Of a stretch of DNA of 64,000 bases, positions 9,435 through 21,465 are shown in pieces (position 1 is the first letter of the stretch; the number at the start of each line of letters is the position of its first letter). Source of the stretch: an uncultured Thermoanaerobaculia bacterium (GTDB lineage Bacteria > Acidobacteriota > Thermoanaerobaculia > Thermoanaerobaculales > Sulfomarinibacteraceae); the NCBI GenBank assembly GCA_964641415.1, contig CAZXMW010000006.1:69247-133246 (forward strand). The letters run 5' to 3'. The notes beneath the pieces were generated by a model. The model did no database searches and had not been told where the DNA came from. It saw only the letters and a program-made list of their open reading frames with translations. Made by a program: the position numbers and the translations under genes.

Positions 9435-9770
9435 GACCAGGCGAAGGAGATCGCGGCCCGCGTGTCCGGTCGCCAGTGGTCGATTCCCGAGTTCTTCTGG
9501 CCGAGCGGCTTTCCGATTCTGGCAGCACTTCCCATGGTCGTTTTCGGCACCGGTCCGGCGACCGCACAGGCGCTCAACATCGTGCTGGGTTCCATGGTGG
9601 TGGTGTTGGTCGTCCTCGCGGGCCGCGACCTCCTGACCAGTGCGCCGGACGGTGGGATGACGCTCCCGCACGGGTACGCTCGAGGGGTCGGGATCGTCGC
9701 CGCCTCCGCCACCATGGTCGCAGGCCAGCAGGTCTTCTCGTCGGTGGTCGTCATGGCGGCCATGGGCGAA
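9435..9770 (+). pseudogene. Fragment of a GT-C/ArnT-PMT-like membrane glycosyltransferase
   Basis: DQAKEIA...FFWPSGFPILAAL...AQALNIVLG resembles the GT-C N-terminal region; hydrophobic; degenerates after ~9770; boundaries approximate. Confidence 0.4.
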
Positions 9771-9940
9771 GAGTCGCTGGACAAGCGGCAGGACGCTGCC
9801 CCCGGAGAGCCACTCGCCGGGCTCGGGGTTCCTTTCGAAATTCAACGCCATGAAGGTTGTCATACCGCGATGGCGTTGTCGCGGACAGAGCGGAGCCGGA
9901 TCACCGTCGGGAGGATGGGCTACTCTTGTCCGGATTGAGG

Positions 9941-12622
9941 ATGATCGACCGTAAGCTTTCCCACTACAGGATTACCGCCAAGCTGGGCTCGGGCGGGATG
10001 GGAGAGGTCTACCGAGCGGAGGACTCGAAGCTGGGCCGGTCGGTGGCGCTGAAGGTGCTGCCGGAAGAGATGGCCTCGGACGAGGACCGTCTGTCCCGCT
10101 TCAGACGCGAGGCGAGGATCGTCGCCGGCCTGAATCACCCGAACATCGTCACGCTGCACTCGGTGGACGAGGCGGACGGTCTGCACTTTCTGACCATGGA
10201 GCTGGTCGAGGGGAAGACGCTCGGCGAGCTGACGCCGCCGGACGGCTTCTCGCTGGAACGCGTGCTCGAGCTGGCCATCCCGATCATCGACGCGGTGGCG
10301 GGCGCGCACGCCAGGGGTGTGGTGCATCGCGATCTGAAGCCCGGCAACGTGATGGTCACGGACGAGGACGGCCGGGTGAAGGTACTCGACTTCGGCCTCG
10401 CCAAGCCGATCGCGGCGACGGCCGACGGCGAGCTGAGCGGCGTGGAAACACTGTCCGTCGCGGGCGGGGGCCTGGTCATCGGCACGCCCTTCTACATGTC
10501 CCCCGAGCAGGCGCGCGGGCAGGAGGCCGACGCGCGCTCGGACATCTTCGCCTTCGGAGTGATGCTGTTCGAGATGGCGACCGGGCAGCGCCCGTTCAAG
10601 GGCGCCAACTCGGTCGAGCTGCTGTCCGCGGTGCTCAAGGACGAACCGCCGCAGGTGACGGAGATTCGTCCCGATCTGCCGATCCACCTGACCCGGGTGA
10701 TTCGGCGCTGTCTCGCCAAGGACCCGGACGACCGCTACCAGACCGCCCGCGATGTGGTCGACGAGCTGCGGGAGCTGCAGCTCGAGGTGACCTCGGGTTT
10801 CGCCCGCGCGCCGATCAGCCGGACCGGCGCGCCGGGCAGGGTGCCCGGGCGGGCGACGAGAATGCGGATGTTCGCGGCGGTGTCGGCGGTGGTCGCGATC
10901 GCGGCAGTGCTGGTCGTCGTCTTCGGCTCATGGGACCGCGAGACACTCCCGGACGGCCGTTTGGAACGTCGAGTGGTGGCGGTGCTGCCGTTCGAAAACC
11001 TCGGGAGCGAGGATGACGAGTACTTCGCGGACGGCATCACGGACGAGATCACCTCGCGCCTGGCGGTGATCAAGGGCCTCTCGGTCATCTCGCGCACCAG
11101 CGCCCGGATCTACAAGGGCACGCGCAAGCCCGCCTCCGAGATCGGCGAGGAGCTGGGAGCGAACTTCATTCTCGAGGGCACGATCCGCTGGGATCGCAGC
11201 GGCGAACCGGACCGGGTGCGGATCACGCCCCGGTTGATCCAGGTGACCGACGACACCCAGCTCTGGTCGGACACCTACGAGCGCGAGATCATGCAGATCT
11301 TCTCCGTGCAGACGGACATCGCCGAGCAGATCGCCGCGGCGCTCGACGTGACGCTGGTGGCCAAAGAACGCGAGGCTCTGACCGCCAGACCGACGGACAG
11401 TATCGATGCCTACCAGGCCTATCTGCGCGGGATGAAGCAGCTGGTCTCGCCTGGATTCGGCCGCGAGGCCTTCACGCTCGGGGTGCAGATGTTCGAGCGG
11501 GCGGTCACCCTCGACCCGGGCTTCGCGCTTTCCTACGCGCGGCTCTCGTCGATGCACTCGCGCATGTACCACTACGGTTTCGACCGCACCGATCAACGTC
11601 TCGAGCTGGCGAGGCAGACCGTCCGACGCGCGCTCGAGCTGCAGCCGGACCTGGCCGAGGCCCACCTCGCCCTCGGCCAGTATCACTACTGGTGTGAGCG
11701 CGACTACGCGGCCGCGCTCGACGCGCTGCATTCCGCCGAGGAGCTCGCGCCGAGCAACAGCGAGGTCTGGCTCACCAAGGCCTATGTGAAGCGGCGCCAG
11801 GGAGATTTCGAAGCGGCCATCAAGCTTTTCGAGCGAGACTCCGAGCTGAGCCCCCTCGATCCCAACGCCACCGTCGGGCTCGGTGAAACGCTGGGAACCC
11901 TGCGCCGATATCCCGAGGCGGAGAAGGCGTTCAAGCGCGGTATCGCGCTGGCGCCCGAAGACCCCTACCCGTACACCGAGCTCGCGCTCCTGTACCTGCG
12001 ATGGCGGGGAGACAGCGCGGCCGCCCGGTCGGTGCTGGACGAGATGCCCCCGGTGAACAGCACCGAGGGCTGCCGCGTGGGTTTCCTCGCGGAGCTTCTC
12101 GACCGGCGCTACGAGGCGGCGCTCGACCGCCTGGAGGGGTGTCCCCAGCCGGTTCTGCAGGCGGGCATCTTCTCCATCCCGACGGCGCTGCTCGAGGGCA
12201 TGACCCTCGAGCTCATGGACGAGCCGGACCGGGCGCGCGCGGCCTTCGAACGATCGCGGGTGATCCTCGAGGAGCGGCTCGCGAGGGACGCGTCCGACCA
12301 CCGCACCCACAGCGCCCTCGGTCTGACCTACGCGAGTCTCGGTCGATCCGGGGAGGCGATCCGCCACGGCCTCCGGGCGGTGGAGCTGTATCCGGTGTCG
12401 AGGGATGCCCTCGAGGCGCCCGGGTTGATCATCGATCTCGCCCTCATCTACACGATCGTGGGCGACGCGGATGCGGCCATCGAGCAGCTCGAGCGGGTGC
12501 TCTCCATCCAGTCGATCTTCTCGGCGTCCTGGCTCGAACGGGATCCGCTGTGGGACCCGCTGCGAAGCGATCGGAAGTTCGATGAGCTGCTCGAGAGGCA
12601 CGCCGTCGACACAGGAACCTGA
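9941..12622 (+). CDS. Hanks-type Ser/Thr kinase with TM, TolB-like N-terminal module and TPRs
   Basis: LGSGGMGEVY, VALKVL, HRDLKPGN, DFG, GTPFYMSPE; VAVLPFENL module; TPRs. Confidence 0.95.
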   Translation: MIDRKLSHYRITAKLGSGGMGEVYRAEDSKLGRSVALKVLPEEMASDEDRLSRFRREARIVAGLNHPNIVTLHSVDEADGLHFLTMELVEGKTLGELTPPDGFSLERVLELAIPIIDAVAGAHARGVVHRDLKPGNVMVTDEDGRVKVLDFGLAKPIAATADGELSGVETLSVAGGGLVIGTPFYMSPEQARGQEADARSDIFAFGVMLFEMATGQRPFKGANSVELLSAVLKDEPPQVTEIRPDLPIHLTRVIRRCLAKDPDDRYQTARDVVDELRELQLEVTSGFARAPISRTGAPGRVPGRATRMRMFAAVSAVVAIAAVLVVVFGSWDRETLPDGRLERRVVAVLPFENLGSEDDEYFADGITDEITSRLAVIKGLSVISRTSARIYKGTRKPASEIGEELGANFILEGTIRWDRSGEPDRVRITPRLIQVTDDTQLWSDTYEREIMQIFSVQTDIAEQIAAALDVTLVAKEREALTARPTDSIDAYQAYLRGMKQLVSPGFGREAFTLGVQMFERAVTLDPGFALSYARLSSMHSRMYHYGFDRTDQRLELARQTVRRALELQPDLAEAHLALGQYHYWCERDYAAALDALHSAEELAPSNSEVWLTKAYVKRRQGDFEAAIKLFERDSELSPLDPNATVGLGETLGTLRRYPEAEKAFKRGIALAPEDPYPYTELALLYLRWRGDSAAARSVLDEMPPVNSTEGCRVGFLAELLDRRYEAALDRLEGCPQPVLQAGIFSIPTALLEGMTLELMDEPDRARAAFERSRVILEERLARDASDHRTHSALGLTYASLGRSGEAIRHGLRAVELYPVSRDALEAPGLIIDLALIYTIVGDADAAIEQLERVLSIQSIFSASWLERDPLWDPLRSDRKFDELLERHAVDTGT

Positions 12623-12634
12623 AAAAGGCGGCGA

Positions 12635-14428
12635 TCACAAGGCGGCGTTGGCTGTCCGGGCCATCACCTCCTCGAATCTCGGGTGACGGTGCAGCTCGGC
12701 CAACCTCGGATCGATGCGGAACAGCGCCGGGCTGGCGCCTGGGTTCGGGGAGGAGAGCAGCTCCGCGACCTGCTCCAGAGCGGCGTCGAGCTCACCGACC
12801 CGGGTCAGAACGAGCACCCGGTTGCGGGCGACGATGGGACCGGCCCAGGCATCCTTCGAGATCGGGTAGAGCCGCACGGCCTCGTCGGCGAAACGGATCG
12901 CCTGCTCGCGGTCGTCGAGACCGGCGTGCGCGAGGCCCAGAGCCATCCGGATGCGGAAGTCGGCCGGACGACTCTCGAGCGCCTGTTCGAGGGCAGCCAG
13001 CGCCTCGCGGTAGGCCTGTTGCGCCAACCGGGTGTTGCCCAGGGCTTCGTGCGCCCAGGCGATGACCATGGCGAGAGGGATGGTTTGGGCGTGGGTCTGA
13101 TAGGTGTCGCCCCGGTGGGGTTCGAGCTGCTCGATGGTCAGCTCGGGCCTGCCGGCGAGGAGCTCGTGAAAGGCCCGGAACCAGATCGTGCGAGTGCTGT
13201 GCCGGGGCGGAATCTCGTCCAGGATCCGTCGGGCCGTCTCGAGATCGCCGTCCCACAGATACTGGTTGCGGACCTTGAGGGTGTAGGGGCCGGTGTGGTC
13301 GGGGGCCATCGAGATCGCGAGATCGTAGAGCTCGCGGGCCCGCTCGAACTGCCACATCCCGAGGTGCGTGTTGGCGATCTCGACGGCGAGTCCCGGGTCG
13401 CGCGGGCTCAGCTCGAGAGCACGGGTCAGGCTCTCGGCGGCGCGCTCGAAGTCGCCCTGACGCCGGAGGATGTAGCCGCGCGCTTCGAGGAAGTGAGGGT
13501 TGTTCCTTGTCGTGCGCTCGACGACGTCGAGCTCGGCGATGGCGCGTGTGTAGTCTTTGTGGCCCCAGTAGTGGCAGTAGGCCATCGCGAGCCGAGTCTG
13601 GTTCAGGTCCGGGTCGAGCTCGGCGGCCCGATTCGCCGCGGCCTCGGCGAGTGCCAGGCGCTCGACGGTCCGGTCGAACCCCAGGTGGTAGGCACGTGAG
13701 TGAAGGCGGGACATCTCGGCATGAGCGTGCGCGAAGTCGGGATCGAGATTGACGGCTCGCTCGAACATCGACAGGCCGAGGCGCCAGGAGTCCTCGTCAT
13801 AGTCGGCGGTGCGGTTCGACTCGAGGCCGCGCAGGTACGCCTGGTACGCCTCGAAGCTCTCGGTGGGATGGGACTCCACGCGCTCCCGTGCGTCGGCGAG
13901 GAGGGTGAGGTTGAGTTGTTCGATGACGCGTGTGGCAATCTCCGATTGCGCGCGGAACAGGTCGCCGAGCAGCTGGTCGTAGTGATCGGACCAGACGTAG
14001 ATGTCGTCGGCCGCACGGATCAGCTGAGGAGTGATGAGGACGCGGTCGATCCCTGCCGAGCGATCCCACCGCACCGTGCCCTCGAGCACGTAGTCGACGC
14101 CGAGCTCGCGAGCGATCTCTTTGGCGGGCATACCGGAGCCCTTGTACCGGCGTGTGCTGGTGCGGGAGATGACACCGAGCTCCGGAACGGTGGTGAGGCG
14201 ACCGCTGATCTCCTCGGTGATGCCGTCGGCGAAGTACTCGTCGCCCGGCGGGCCGAGGTTTTCAAACGGCAGCACCGCGATCATGGTGCGGGGCCGTTGA
14301 GAGCCCGGAGCTTCGGTCTCGGCTCGACTCAGCGGGGCTTTCCGGACGAGTACGCCCAGCAGAGCCAGGACGACTGTCGCCGCTGCCAGCAGAATGAGCA
14401 GTGTGTGTTTCTGTTGAAGGTGCTTCAT
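12635..14428 (-). CDS. Kinase-less TolB-like/TPR protein, paralog of the C-terminal part of the adjacent kinase
   Basis: Start MKHLQQ plus N-terminal TM; IAVLPFENLG..GDEYFADGITEEI...VISRTS; same architecture as the upstream kinase C-terminus. Confidence 0.85.
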   Translation of the reverse strand: MKHLQQKHTLLILLAAATVVLALLGVLVRKAPLSRAETEAPGSQRPRTMIAVLPFENLGPPGDEYFADGITEEISGRLTTVPELGVISRTSTRRYKGSGMPAKEIARELGVDYVLEGTVRWDRSAGIDRVLITPQLIRAADDIYVWSDHYDQLLGDLFRAQSEIATRVIEQLNLTLLADARERVESHPTESFEAYQAYLRGLESNRTADYDEDSWRLGLSMFERAVNLDPDFAHAHAEMSRLHSRAYHLGFDRTVERLALAEAAANRAAELDPDLNQTRLAMAYCHYWGHKDYTRAIAELDVVERTTRNNPHFLEARGYILRRQGDFERAAESLTRALELSPRDPGLAVEIANTHLGMWQFERARELYDLAISMAPDHTGPYTLKVRNQYLWDGDLETARRILDEIPPRHSTRTIWFRAFHELLAGRPELTIEQLEPHRGDTYQTHAQTIPLAMVIAWAHEALGNTRLAQQAYREALAALEQALESRPADFRIRMALGLAHAGLDDREQAIRFADEAVRLYPISKDAWAGPIVARNRVLVLTRVGELDAALEQVAELLSSPNPGASPALFRIDPRLAELHRHPRFEEVMARTANAAL

Positions 14429-14538
14429 GCCCGTTTCGCTGCTCAAGGGTACAACTTCCTGGGCTCGGCAATTGGTCGGACGAATCGCGATGGCGCGCCG
14501 GGCGCGCCAGGTCGGAGGCACGTCGCTCCGCCCGTGCC

Positions 14539-17500
14539 TTACATACTGCGTCGGTATTGACCGCCGACTTCGTACAGGGCGTTGCTGATTTGACCCAGGG
14601 AGCATGATCGGACCGTCCGCAGGAGCTCCTCGAAGATGTTGCCTTTGTCGCGAGCGACGGACTGCAATTCAGCGAGGGCCGCAGGCGCTCGCTGCAATTG
14701 CCGCTTGTGGAAGTCGGCGAGGTGGGCGAGGCGGGCGTCCTTCTCGTCGGAGGTGGCGCGGGTCAGCGGGGGCTCGGGGGCGTCCTCGCCGTCCTCGGCG
14801 ACGAAGGTGTTGACGCCGACCAGCGGGTGGTCGCCGGTGTGCTTGAGCCGCTCGTAGTGGAGCGACTCCTCCTGGATCTTGCCGCGCTGGTACATCGACT
14901 CCATGGCGCCGAGGACGTCGCCGCGCTCGGACAGGCGCTCGAACTCGGTGAGGACGGCCTCCTCGACGGTGTCGGTGAGCCAGCCGACGATGTTGGAGCC
15001 CTGAAGCGGGTTCTCGTTCTTGAGCAGGCCGAACTCCATGGCGTTGATGAGCTGGATGGCGACGGCGCGGCGCACCGACTCCTCGGTGGGGGTGGTGATG
15101 GCCTCGTCGTAGGCGTTGGTGTGCAGCGAGTTGCAGTTGTCGGCCATGGCGAGCAGGCCCTGGAGAGTGGTGCGGATGTCGTTGAACGAGATCTCCTGGG
15201 CGTGCAGCGACCGCCCCGAGGTCTGGATGTGGTACTTGAGCTTCTGCGACCGCTCGTTGCCGCCGTAGCGGTTCCGGATCGCCACCGACCAGATCCGGCG
15301 GGCGACGCGGCCGATGACGGTGTACTCGGGGTCCATCCCGTTGCTGAAGAAGAAGCTCAGGTTGTGGGCGAAGTCGTCGATGTGCATCCCGCGGCCGAGG
15401 TAGGTCTCGACGTAGGTGAAGCCGTTGGCCAGGGTGAAGGCGAGCTGGGTGATGGGGTTGGCGCCGGCCTCGGCGATGTGGTAGCCCGAGATCGACACCG
15501 AGTAGAAGTTGTCGACCTTCCAGTCGCAGAACAGCTGCTGGATGTCGCCCATCATCTTGAGCGCGAACTCGGTGGAGAAGATGCAGGTGTTCTGGGCCTG
15601 GTCCTCCTTGAGGATGTCGGCCTGGACGGTGCCGCGGACCACGGCCATCGTGGACCTCAGGATCTCGTCCCACTCGCCGCCTTCGAGCAGCGGCTCGAGG
15701 GCCTCCCAGTCCCTGCCGTCGACGACCGGCTGGAAGGCGGCTTCGGGCGGGGCATCGAGGCGGCCGGACTCGATGAGCTTCCTGCGGGCCTGCTGGCGGG
15801 CCGCGGCGTTGAAGAACATGGCGAGGATCATCGGCGCCGGGCCGTTGATGGTCATGGACACCGAGGTGGTGGCGGCACACAGGTCGAAGCCGGCGTAGAG
15901 CCGCTCCATGTCCTCGACGGTGCAGATCGAGACGCCGGACTCACCGACCTTGCCCCAGACGTCGGGGCGCTTGCCGGGATTTTCACCGTACAGAGTGACC
16001 GAGTCGAAGGCGGTGCTGAGCCGGGTGGCCGGCTGGCCCTCGGCGAGCAGGTGGAAGCGCCTGTTGGTGCGCTCGGGGCCGCCCTCGCCCGCGAACATCC
16101 GGGTCGGCAGCTCCTGTGTGCGCTTGAGCGGGAAGACGCCGGCGGTGTAGGGGAAGGCGCCGGGCAGGTTCTCGAGGAAGAGGTAGCGCAGGATGCCGGG
16201 CCAGGTCTGCCTGCGCGGCAGCTGGACCTTCGGGACGTGGGTTCCGGCGAGGGACTCGCTGGTCAACGGGACCCTGATCTCTCGACCGCGGACGGTGTAG
16301 GTGAATTCGTCGCGGTCGTAGTCGCTGCGGATCTTCGGCCAGATCGCGAGCAGCTGGCGCGCATCGTCATGGAGGGCATGGGCGAGGCGGCGGATCTCGG
16401 CGTCGAGGTCGGCGAGCTGCTTCCCACCGGTCGCCTCGGCGGCAGTGATCTCCTCGAAGAGCGGCCACAGCTCCTCGGGATTGCCGTCGCCTTCGCGGGC
16501 GCACAGGATCGCGCGAGCGCCGACGAGCTGGTAGAGCTGGTCGGCGATCCTGATCTGCTCCTCCGCCCACTTCCGGTAGTCTCGGGCGGTCCGCGCGATG
16601 TCGCGCAGGTAGCCGGCGCGGTCGCCGGGGATCACCGGGTGGCGCTGGGGTGAGCCGGCGGGCTCGGCGGCGGTGCCGTCGAGGGTCCAGGGTGATCCGA
16701 ACTTCTCCGCGAGGGCACGGACGAGGCCCTGGTAGAGGGCGTTGACGCCGTGGTCGTGGAACTGGCTGGCGACTGTGGCGAAGACCGGGAGCTCGGAGTC
16801 CTCGGGGCCGTCGAAGAGCGTGTGACAGCGCCGGTACTGCTTGCGCACATCGCGCAGCGCGTCGAGCGCCTTGGGCCGGTCGAACTTGTTGATGGCGACG
16901 AAGTCTGCGTAGTCGAGCATGTCGATCTTCTCGAGCTGCATGGCCGCACCGTACTCGGGGGTCATGACGTAGAGCGAGAGGTCCGAGATGTCGACGATCT
17001 CGGTGTCGGCCTGGCCGATGCCGGAGCTCTCGACGATGATGAGGTCGAAGCCGGCGGCCTGGCAGATGGCGATCGACTGCCCGATGTTGCGGCTCAGGGC
17101 GCGGTGGGCCTGGCGGGTGGCAAGCGAGCGCATGAAGACGCGGTCGGAGCTGAGAGAGTTCAACCGGATGCGGTCGCCGAGCAGGGCGCCGCCGGTGCGC
17201 CGCTTGGTCGGGTCGACCGACAGGATGGCGATGGTGGTCTCCGGATTGTCGGCGAGGAAGCGCAGCACCAGCTCGTCGGTGAGCGAGGACTTGCCGGCGC
17301 CGCCGGTCCCGGTGGTGCCGATGACTGGAGCGGGCTTCTGGCGCGGAGAGACCTCGACTTCGAGGCCCTCCTCGGCGCGGGTGATGGCCCGGGCCACGGC
17401 GAGCCAGCGGTCGGCGTCCGCCCCGAGCGGACCCGGAGAGCCGATCTCGGCGGGCGAGAAGTCGGCGGCCTCGATCATCGAGGCGATCATGCCGTCGAGG

Positions 17501-17892
17501 CCCATGGTGCGGCCGTCGTCGGGGGAGAAGATCTTGGTCACGCCGTAGGTCTCGAGCTCGGCGATTTCGCGTGGGACGATGACCCCGCCGCCGCCGCCGA
17601 AGAGCTTCACATGGTCAGCGCCCCGTTCTCTGAGCAAGTCAACCATGTACTTGAAGAACTCGATATGGCCGCCCTGGTAGGAGCTCACTGCGATGCCCTG
17701 CGCGTCCTCCTGGACGGCGGCGTCGACGATCTCACGAACCGAGCGGTTGTGCCCGAGGTGGATGACCTCGGCGCCCTGCGCCTGGAGGATTCGGCGCATG
17801 ATGTTGATGGCCGCGTCGTGGCCGTCGAACAGCGAGGCGGCGGTGACGAAGCGGACCTTGTGCGTGGTCGGATTCGGCGCAGAGGTTGTCAT
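14539..17892 (-). CDS. icmF: Fused isobutyryl-CoA mutase / MeaI GTPase (B12-dependent)
   Basis: B12-binding [14 protein letters not shown] GTPase, mutase domain TRMFAGEG and [14 protein letters not shown]; start MTTSAP after GGAGG. Confidence 0.93.
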   Translation of the reverse strand: MTTSAPNPTTHKVRFVTAASLFDGHDAAINIMRRILQAQGAEVIHLGHNRSVREIVDAAVQEDAQGIAVSSYQGGHIEFFKYMVDLLRERGADHVKLFGGGGGVIVPREIAELETYGVTKIFSPDDGRTMGLDGMIASMIEAADFSPAEIGSPGPLGADADRWLAVARAITRAEEGLEVEVSPRQKPAPVIGTTGTGGAGKSSLTDELVLRFLADNPETTIAILSVDPTKRRTGGALLGDRIRLNSLSSDRVFMRSLATRQAHRALSRNIGQSIAICQAAGFDLIIVESSGIGQADTEIVDISDLSLYVMTPEYGAAMQLEKIDMLDYADFVAINKFDRPKALDALRDVRKQYRRCHTLFDGPEDSELPVFATVASQFHDHGVNALYQGLVRALAEKFGSPWTLDGTAAEPAGSPQRHPVIPGDRAGYLRDIARTARDYRKWAEEQIRIADQLYQLVGARAILCAREGDGNPEELWPLFEEITAAEATGGKQLADLDAEIRRLAHALHDDARQLLAIWPKIRSDYDRDEFTYTVRGREIRVPLTSESLAGTHVPKVQLPRRQTWPGILRYLFLENLPGAFPYTAGVFPLKRTQELPTRMFAGEGGPERTNRRFHLLAEGQPATRLSTAFDSVTLYGENPGKRPDVWGKVGESGVSICTVEDMERLYAGFDLCAATTSVSMTINGPAPMILAMFFNAAARQQARRKLIESGRLDAPPEAAFQPVVDGRDWEALEPLLEGGEWDEILRSTMAVVRGTVQADILKEDQAQNTCIFSTEFALKMMGDIQQLFCDWKVDNFYSVSISGYHIAEAGANPITQLAFTLANGFTYVETYLGRGMHIDDFAHNLSFFFSNGMDPEYTVIGRVARRIWSVAIRNRYGGNERSQKLKYHIQTSGRSLHAQEISFNDIRTTLQGLLAMADNCNSLHTNAYDEAITTPTEESVRRAVAIQLINAMEFGLLKNENPLQGSNIVGWLTDTVEEAVLTEFERLSERGDVLGAMESMYQRGKIQEESLHYERLKHTGDHPLVGVNTFVAEDGEDAPEPPLTRATSDEKDARLAHLADFHKRQLQRAPAALAELQSVARDKGNIFEELLRTVRSCSLGQISNALYEVGGQYRRSM

Positions 17893-18021
17893 AGATCCCT
17901 CCCGAGGGTGGAACAGGTCGATTCTAGCAAGGCAATCTCCCGCGCCCGATGCGCAGGCAGGGATGCCGGCCTCTCCACGGCGGCCGGGAAGAGGCGTGGC
18001 GGCAGCCATTCTGGCTGATGA

Positions 18022-18222
18022 TGTTGGGGTTGCGGGTGGGAGCGGGTGCTTCGGAAACGGGATCGGGAACGGGATCGGGATCGATCCGGCTCGGAAGGGC
18101 GCACCGGTGCTCGACGCTCTGCGACGGGAGAGGCTCAATCGAACAATGTGCCGTCCGGGTCCAATGGTGGTTGCTCTGGCCGCTGTTTGCTGCGGACGGG
18201 GACGCGGACCCGGACCCGGGAA
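18022..18222. repeat. Degenerate hexamer tandem repeats (CGGGAW, CGGACC)
   Basis: cgggatcgggaacgggatcgggatc at ~18058-18082 and gcggacccggacccgg at ~18206-18220 between divergent genes. Confidence 0.5.
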
Positions 18223-18252
18223 GCGCGGGTGGGGTAGACTCGATGCAAAGCT

Positions 18253-20904
18253 ATGGACGAGTTCGTCTCAGGCACGGGGGGCCATCCGGAACGCATCTCG
18301 CGTTTCGAGATCCGTGAGGTTCTCGGTGAAGGCGCGATGGGGGTTGTGTACCGCGCACACGACCCGGTGCTCGATCGCGACGTGGCGCTCAAGCTCATCA
18401 AGCCCGAGCGTGCGGGCGAGGAGCGGAACCGGTCGCGCTTCCTCCGTGAGTGCCGGGCGGCGGCAACCATCAATCACCCCGGTGTCGCAACGATCTACGA
18501 GGCCGGAGAGACCGGGGACGAGCGGCTCTACCTCGCGTCCGAGCTCGTCGAGGGCGAGACCCTCGAGGACGTCGTCGCCCGAGGCGCATTGCCTCCTGAC
18601 CGCGTCATCGAGATCGGCATCCAGCTCGCCGAAGCTCTGGCTGCCGCGCACGCGAAGGGCGCGATCCACCGGGACATCAAACCGTCGAACCTGATGATCA
18701 CGCCCGATGACAGAATCAAGGTGCTCGACTTCGGCCTGGCCCGTCTCGTCAGCTCGGAGGGCGATTCAGCTGAAGTCGGAGAGGGCTTCGACGAAGCGCG
18801 AAAGGTGGATCAGACCCAGGAGGGCATGGTCGTCGGGACGCCGGCCTATATGTCGCCCGAACAGGCCTCCGGGATGAAGGTGGACGAGCGGACCGACCTG
18901 TTCTCGGCCGGCTGCGTGCTCTACGAGCTGGTCACCGGCCGGTCGCCGTTCCACTCGGGCACGGTGCCCGAGACTCTGCGGCGGTTGCTCACCGAGGAGC
19001 CGCCGTCGATCTCCAGCTCGGGGAAGGGGATCCCGCTCGGGCTCGACAACGTGCTCCGGCGGGCCATGGCCAAGGAGCGCGAGGCCCGGACGGCGACCTC
19101 GGCCGACCTCGCAGACGAGCTTCGCGAGCTTGTGAAAGGCGAGCCGGAGATTGACGCCGGATTCAGCCGTGGGCGGCGATTGCGGATCGTGGTCGGTGGC
19201 ATCACCGGGCTCGTTGCCCTTGTCGCGGCCGCGGTGCTGATCTGGCAATGGAGCCGGCCCTCGTTCGCTTTCACCGACCACGACCGCATCGTCGTCGCGG
19301 ATGTCGAGAACACGACCGGCGACGAGGCGTTCGACCTGGCGCTTCGGGCCGCGGTCGAGACCGATCTCAAGCAGTCGCCCTACGCCACGCTGTATCGGCG
19401 ACACCAGGTCGACGAGACCCTGCGACAGATGCGCAAGGCGCCGGACACCTTCATCGACGAGAAGCTGGGCCGCGACATTTGTCGGTTCTCCGGGAGCCGC
19501 GCTCTCATTCTGCCGAGGATCGTTGCCCTCGGCGAAGGGTACGAGCTCGAGGCAACCTTGGTCGATCCCCATACGGGCCGCCGCGTCGAGCGCATCGCGG
19601 TGTTCGCCGATACGCGGAAGGAGGTTCTGACCGACGCCATCGACAGGCTGACCCGCGAGCTGCGGACACGGCTCGGCGAGAGCCTCGATTCGATCGAGAA
19701 GAACGACTTTCCGATCGCCGACGTCACGACGTCGTCGTGGGAGGCGCTGCACTACTTCGCCACCGCCAATCTCCGTTGGGGCCGGGGCGACTTCGGCGAG
19801 GCAATCCGGCTCTATGAGCTGGCGCTCGACCTCGATCCCGAGTTTGCCACATGCCGCGGCTCGCTCGGGCTGCTGCTCATCCAGTTCACCGGCGAGCCGG
19901 AGCGCGGCGCTGAGGAACTCCGCCGGGCGCTCGTCGACGGCGAGACATTGCCGCGTGACGAGTACCTCATGCTGCGGGCGGCCAACCGCCATTTCGGCGA
20001 CCGCGACCTCGAGGGCGCGCTCGAGGAGTACGAGCTCATCACCGAGCTGTACCCGCGGCACGGTGCGGCCCGCAACAACATGGGCCGGACCCTGCTCCAG
20101 CTCGGCCGCTTCGAGGAGGCGGCGGCGATGTTCCGGAAGTCGTCGGAGATCGACCCGCAGGGGACCGTTCCGCTGGTCAATCTGGCGCTCATGCACATCT
20201 CCGTGCTGCCCGATCCGCCGGCTTCGGAACGAGCTGCCCGGGCCCTCGTCGCCGTCGACGACGAGGCCGCCAACTACCTCAGCCTGCTGGGTTGGGCGGT
20301 TGCGGTTCAGGGTCGCTACGGCGAGGCGCGGAAAATCTTCGAACGGGCGGTCGAGATCGAGCCCGACCACCCTTACGCGCTGCCCAATCTCGGGTATGTG
20401 CTTCTCGCGATGGGCAACCCCGAGTCGGCGGCGTTGCACTTCCGCCGCAACCTGGCGCGGATCCGTCGATTGGACGAGAACCACAACGAGCCGGGCGCCA
20501 TCCTCGACCTCATCGTGAGTTTGGCAGTCGCGGGCAATCGGTCCGAGGTCGCAAAGTTGGTCGAGGACGGTGAGAAGCGACTCGCCGAGATGCGCGGAAC
20601 CCGGCCGCTGACCCTCGACGACCATGCCTTTCTGTGCCAGCTTTACGCCGCGGACGGACGGATCGAGGACGCCGAGGCAGAGCTCGCGGCCGCCATGTCC
20701 ATGGAGGTCGACGACGCCGACTCCCAGTTCGAGCTCGCGCGCTCGTGCGCCATGCTCGGCCGACGCGAGTGCGCCATCGACAACACCCGGAAGGCCTTCG
20801 AGATGGGCTTCGGAGATCCCTATCTGCCGATGCTCATCCCTTCGATGCATCGACTGCTCGGTGATCCGGAGTTCATGGGCGTATTCCCCATCAACGGTGC
20901 GTGA
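18253..20904 (+). CDS. Hanks-type Ser/Thr kinase with TM and TPR region
   Basis: [30 protein letters not shown]; TM; TPRs. Confidence 0.95.
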   Translation: MDEFVSGTGGHPERISRFEIREVLGEGAMGVVYRAHDPVLDRDVALKLIKPERAGEERNRSRFLRECRAAATINHPGVATIYEAGETGDERLYLASELVEGETLEDVVARGALPPDRVIEIGIQLAEALAAAHAKGAIHRDIKPSNLMITPDDRIKVLDFGLARLVSSEGDSAEVGEGFDEARKVDQTQEGMVVGTPAYMSPEQASGMKVDERTDLFSAGCVLYELVTGRSPFHSGTVPETLRRLLTEEPPSISSSGKGIPLGLDNVLRRAMAKEREARTATSADLADELRELVKGEPEIDAGFSRGRRLRIVVGGITGLVALVAAAVLIWQWSRPSFAFTDHDRIVVADVENTTGDEAFDLALRAAVETDLKQSPYATLYRRHQVDETLRQMRKAPDTFIDEKLGRDICRFSGSRALILPRIVALGEGYELEATLVDPHTGRRVERIAVFADTRKEVLTDAIDRLTRELRTRLGESLDSIEKNDFPIADVTTSSWEALHYFATANLRWGRGDFGEAIRLYELALDLDPEFATCRGSLGLLLIQFTGEPERGAEELRRALVDGETLPRDEYLMLRAANRHFGDRDLEGALEEYELITELYPRHGAARNNMGRTLLQLGRFEEAAAMFRKSSEIDPQGTVPLVNLALMHISVLPDPPASERAARALVAVDDEAANYLSLLGWAVAVQGRYGEARKIFERAVEIEPDHPYALPNLGYVLLAMGNPESAALHFRRNLARIRRLDENHNEPGAILDLIVSLAVAGNRSEVAKLVEDGEKRLAEMRGTRPLTLDDHAFLCQLYAADGRIEDAEAELAAAMSMEVDDADSQFELARSCAMLGRRECAIDNTRKAFEMGFGDPYLPMLIPSMHRLLGDPEFMGVFPINGA

Positions 20905-20910
20905 GGGCCG

Positions 20911-21465
20911 CTAGCCTCTCTCTTCGCCGCGCTCGAACCGCATCTTCTCGATGAAGGCGGCGGCCAGTCCCTCCGGGTCGTCCATGTGGAGCAGCCTGGC
21001 AACCTGGAGCACGAAACCGCGCACGAAGACCGGCGCCGGGAGCTTGCCCCACTCCTCCTTCTCGATGGCAGCAAGCACGTACGGCCGCACCTTGGTCTCG
21101 ACCGAGACCTGCTCGAGGGTCAGACCCGACACCAGCCGGTGGTGACGCAGAAAGGCGCCTGGGTCGCCGACCAGGTCGGTCGGGGTCCTCAGACCGGCGA
21201 GTGAGGCGTCCATGTTGTCCTCATCATCGTCGCGCCCACCGGTTGCGGTGAGGTCTGCGGCGGCGTTGGAGATCCGCATGAAGGCCTCGTCGATGCGGGC
21301 GAGCAGCTCGCGCCGCTCGGTCGTGCCGATGAGGGAGTACGTGGCCAGCGAGCTCTCCGAGAACAGATTGCGCCGCGTGTGGTACGCGCGGTGGACCCTC
21401 TCGAGGTTTGCGCCGGGCTCGACGCCGAGCACCTCCCAGTCCTCTCGACGGATCTCGCTGGTCAC
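20911..21465 (-). CDS. J-domain-like plus RodZ-type (HTH_25) protein
   Basis: DWEVLGVEPGA..ERVHRAY (J-like, no HPD); GAFLR..R...GLTLEQVS.ETKV...L.AIE..E...LPAPVFVRGF. Confidence 0.8.
   Translation of the reverse strand: MTSEIRREDWEVLGVEPGANLERVHRAYHTRRNLFSESSLATYSLIGTTERRELLARIDEAFMRISNAAADLTATGGRDDDEDNMDASLAGLRTPTDLVGDPGAFLRHHRLVSGLTLEQVSVETKVRPYVLAAIEKEEWGKLPAPVFVRGFVLQVARLLHMDDPEGLAAAFIEKMRFERGEERG

Noticed and set aside
9378-9938. UGA readthrough/selenocysteine from mipA into the downstream in-frame ORF
   Set aside because: MipA ends in the typical C-terminal Phe; no redox context or evident SECIS
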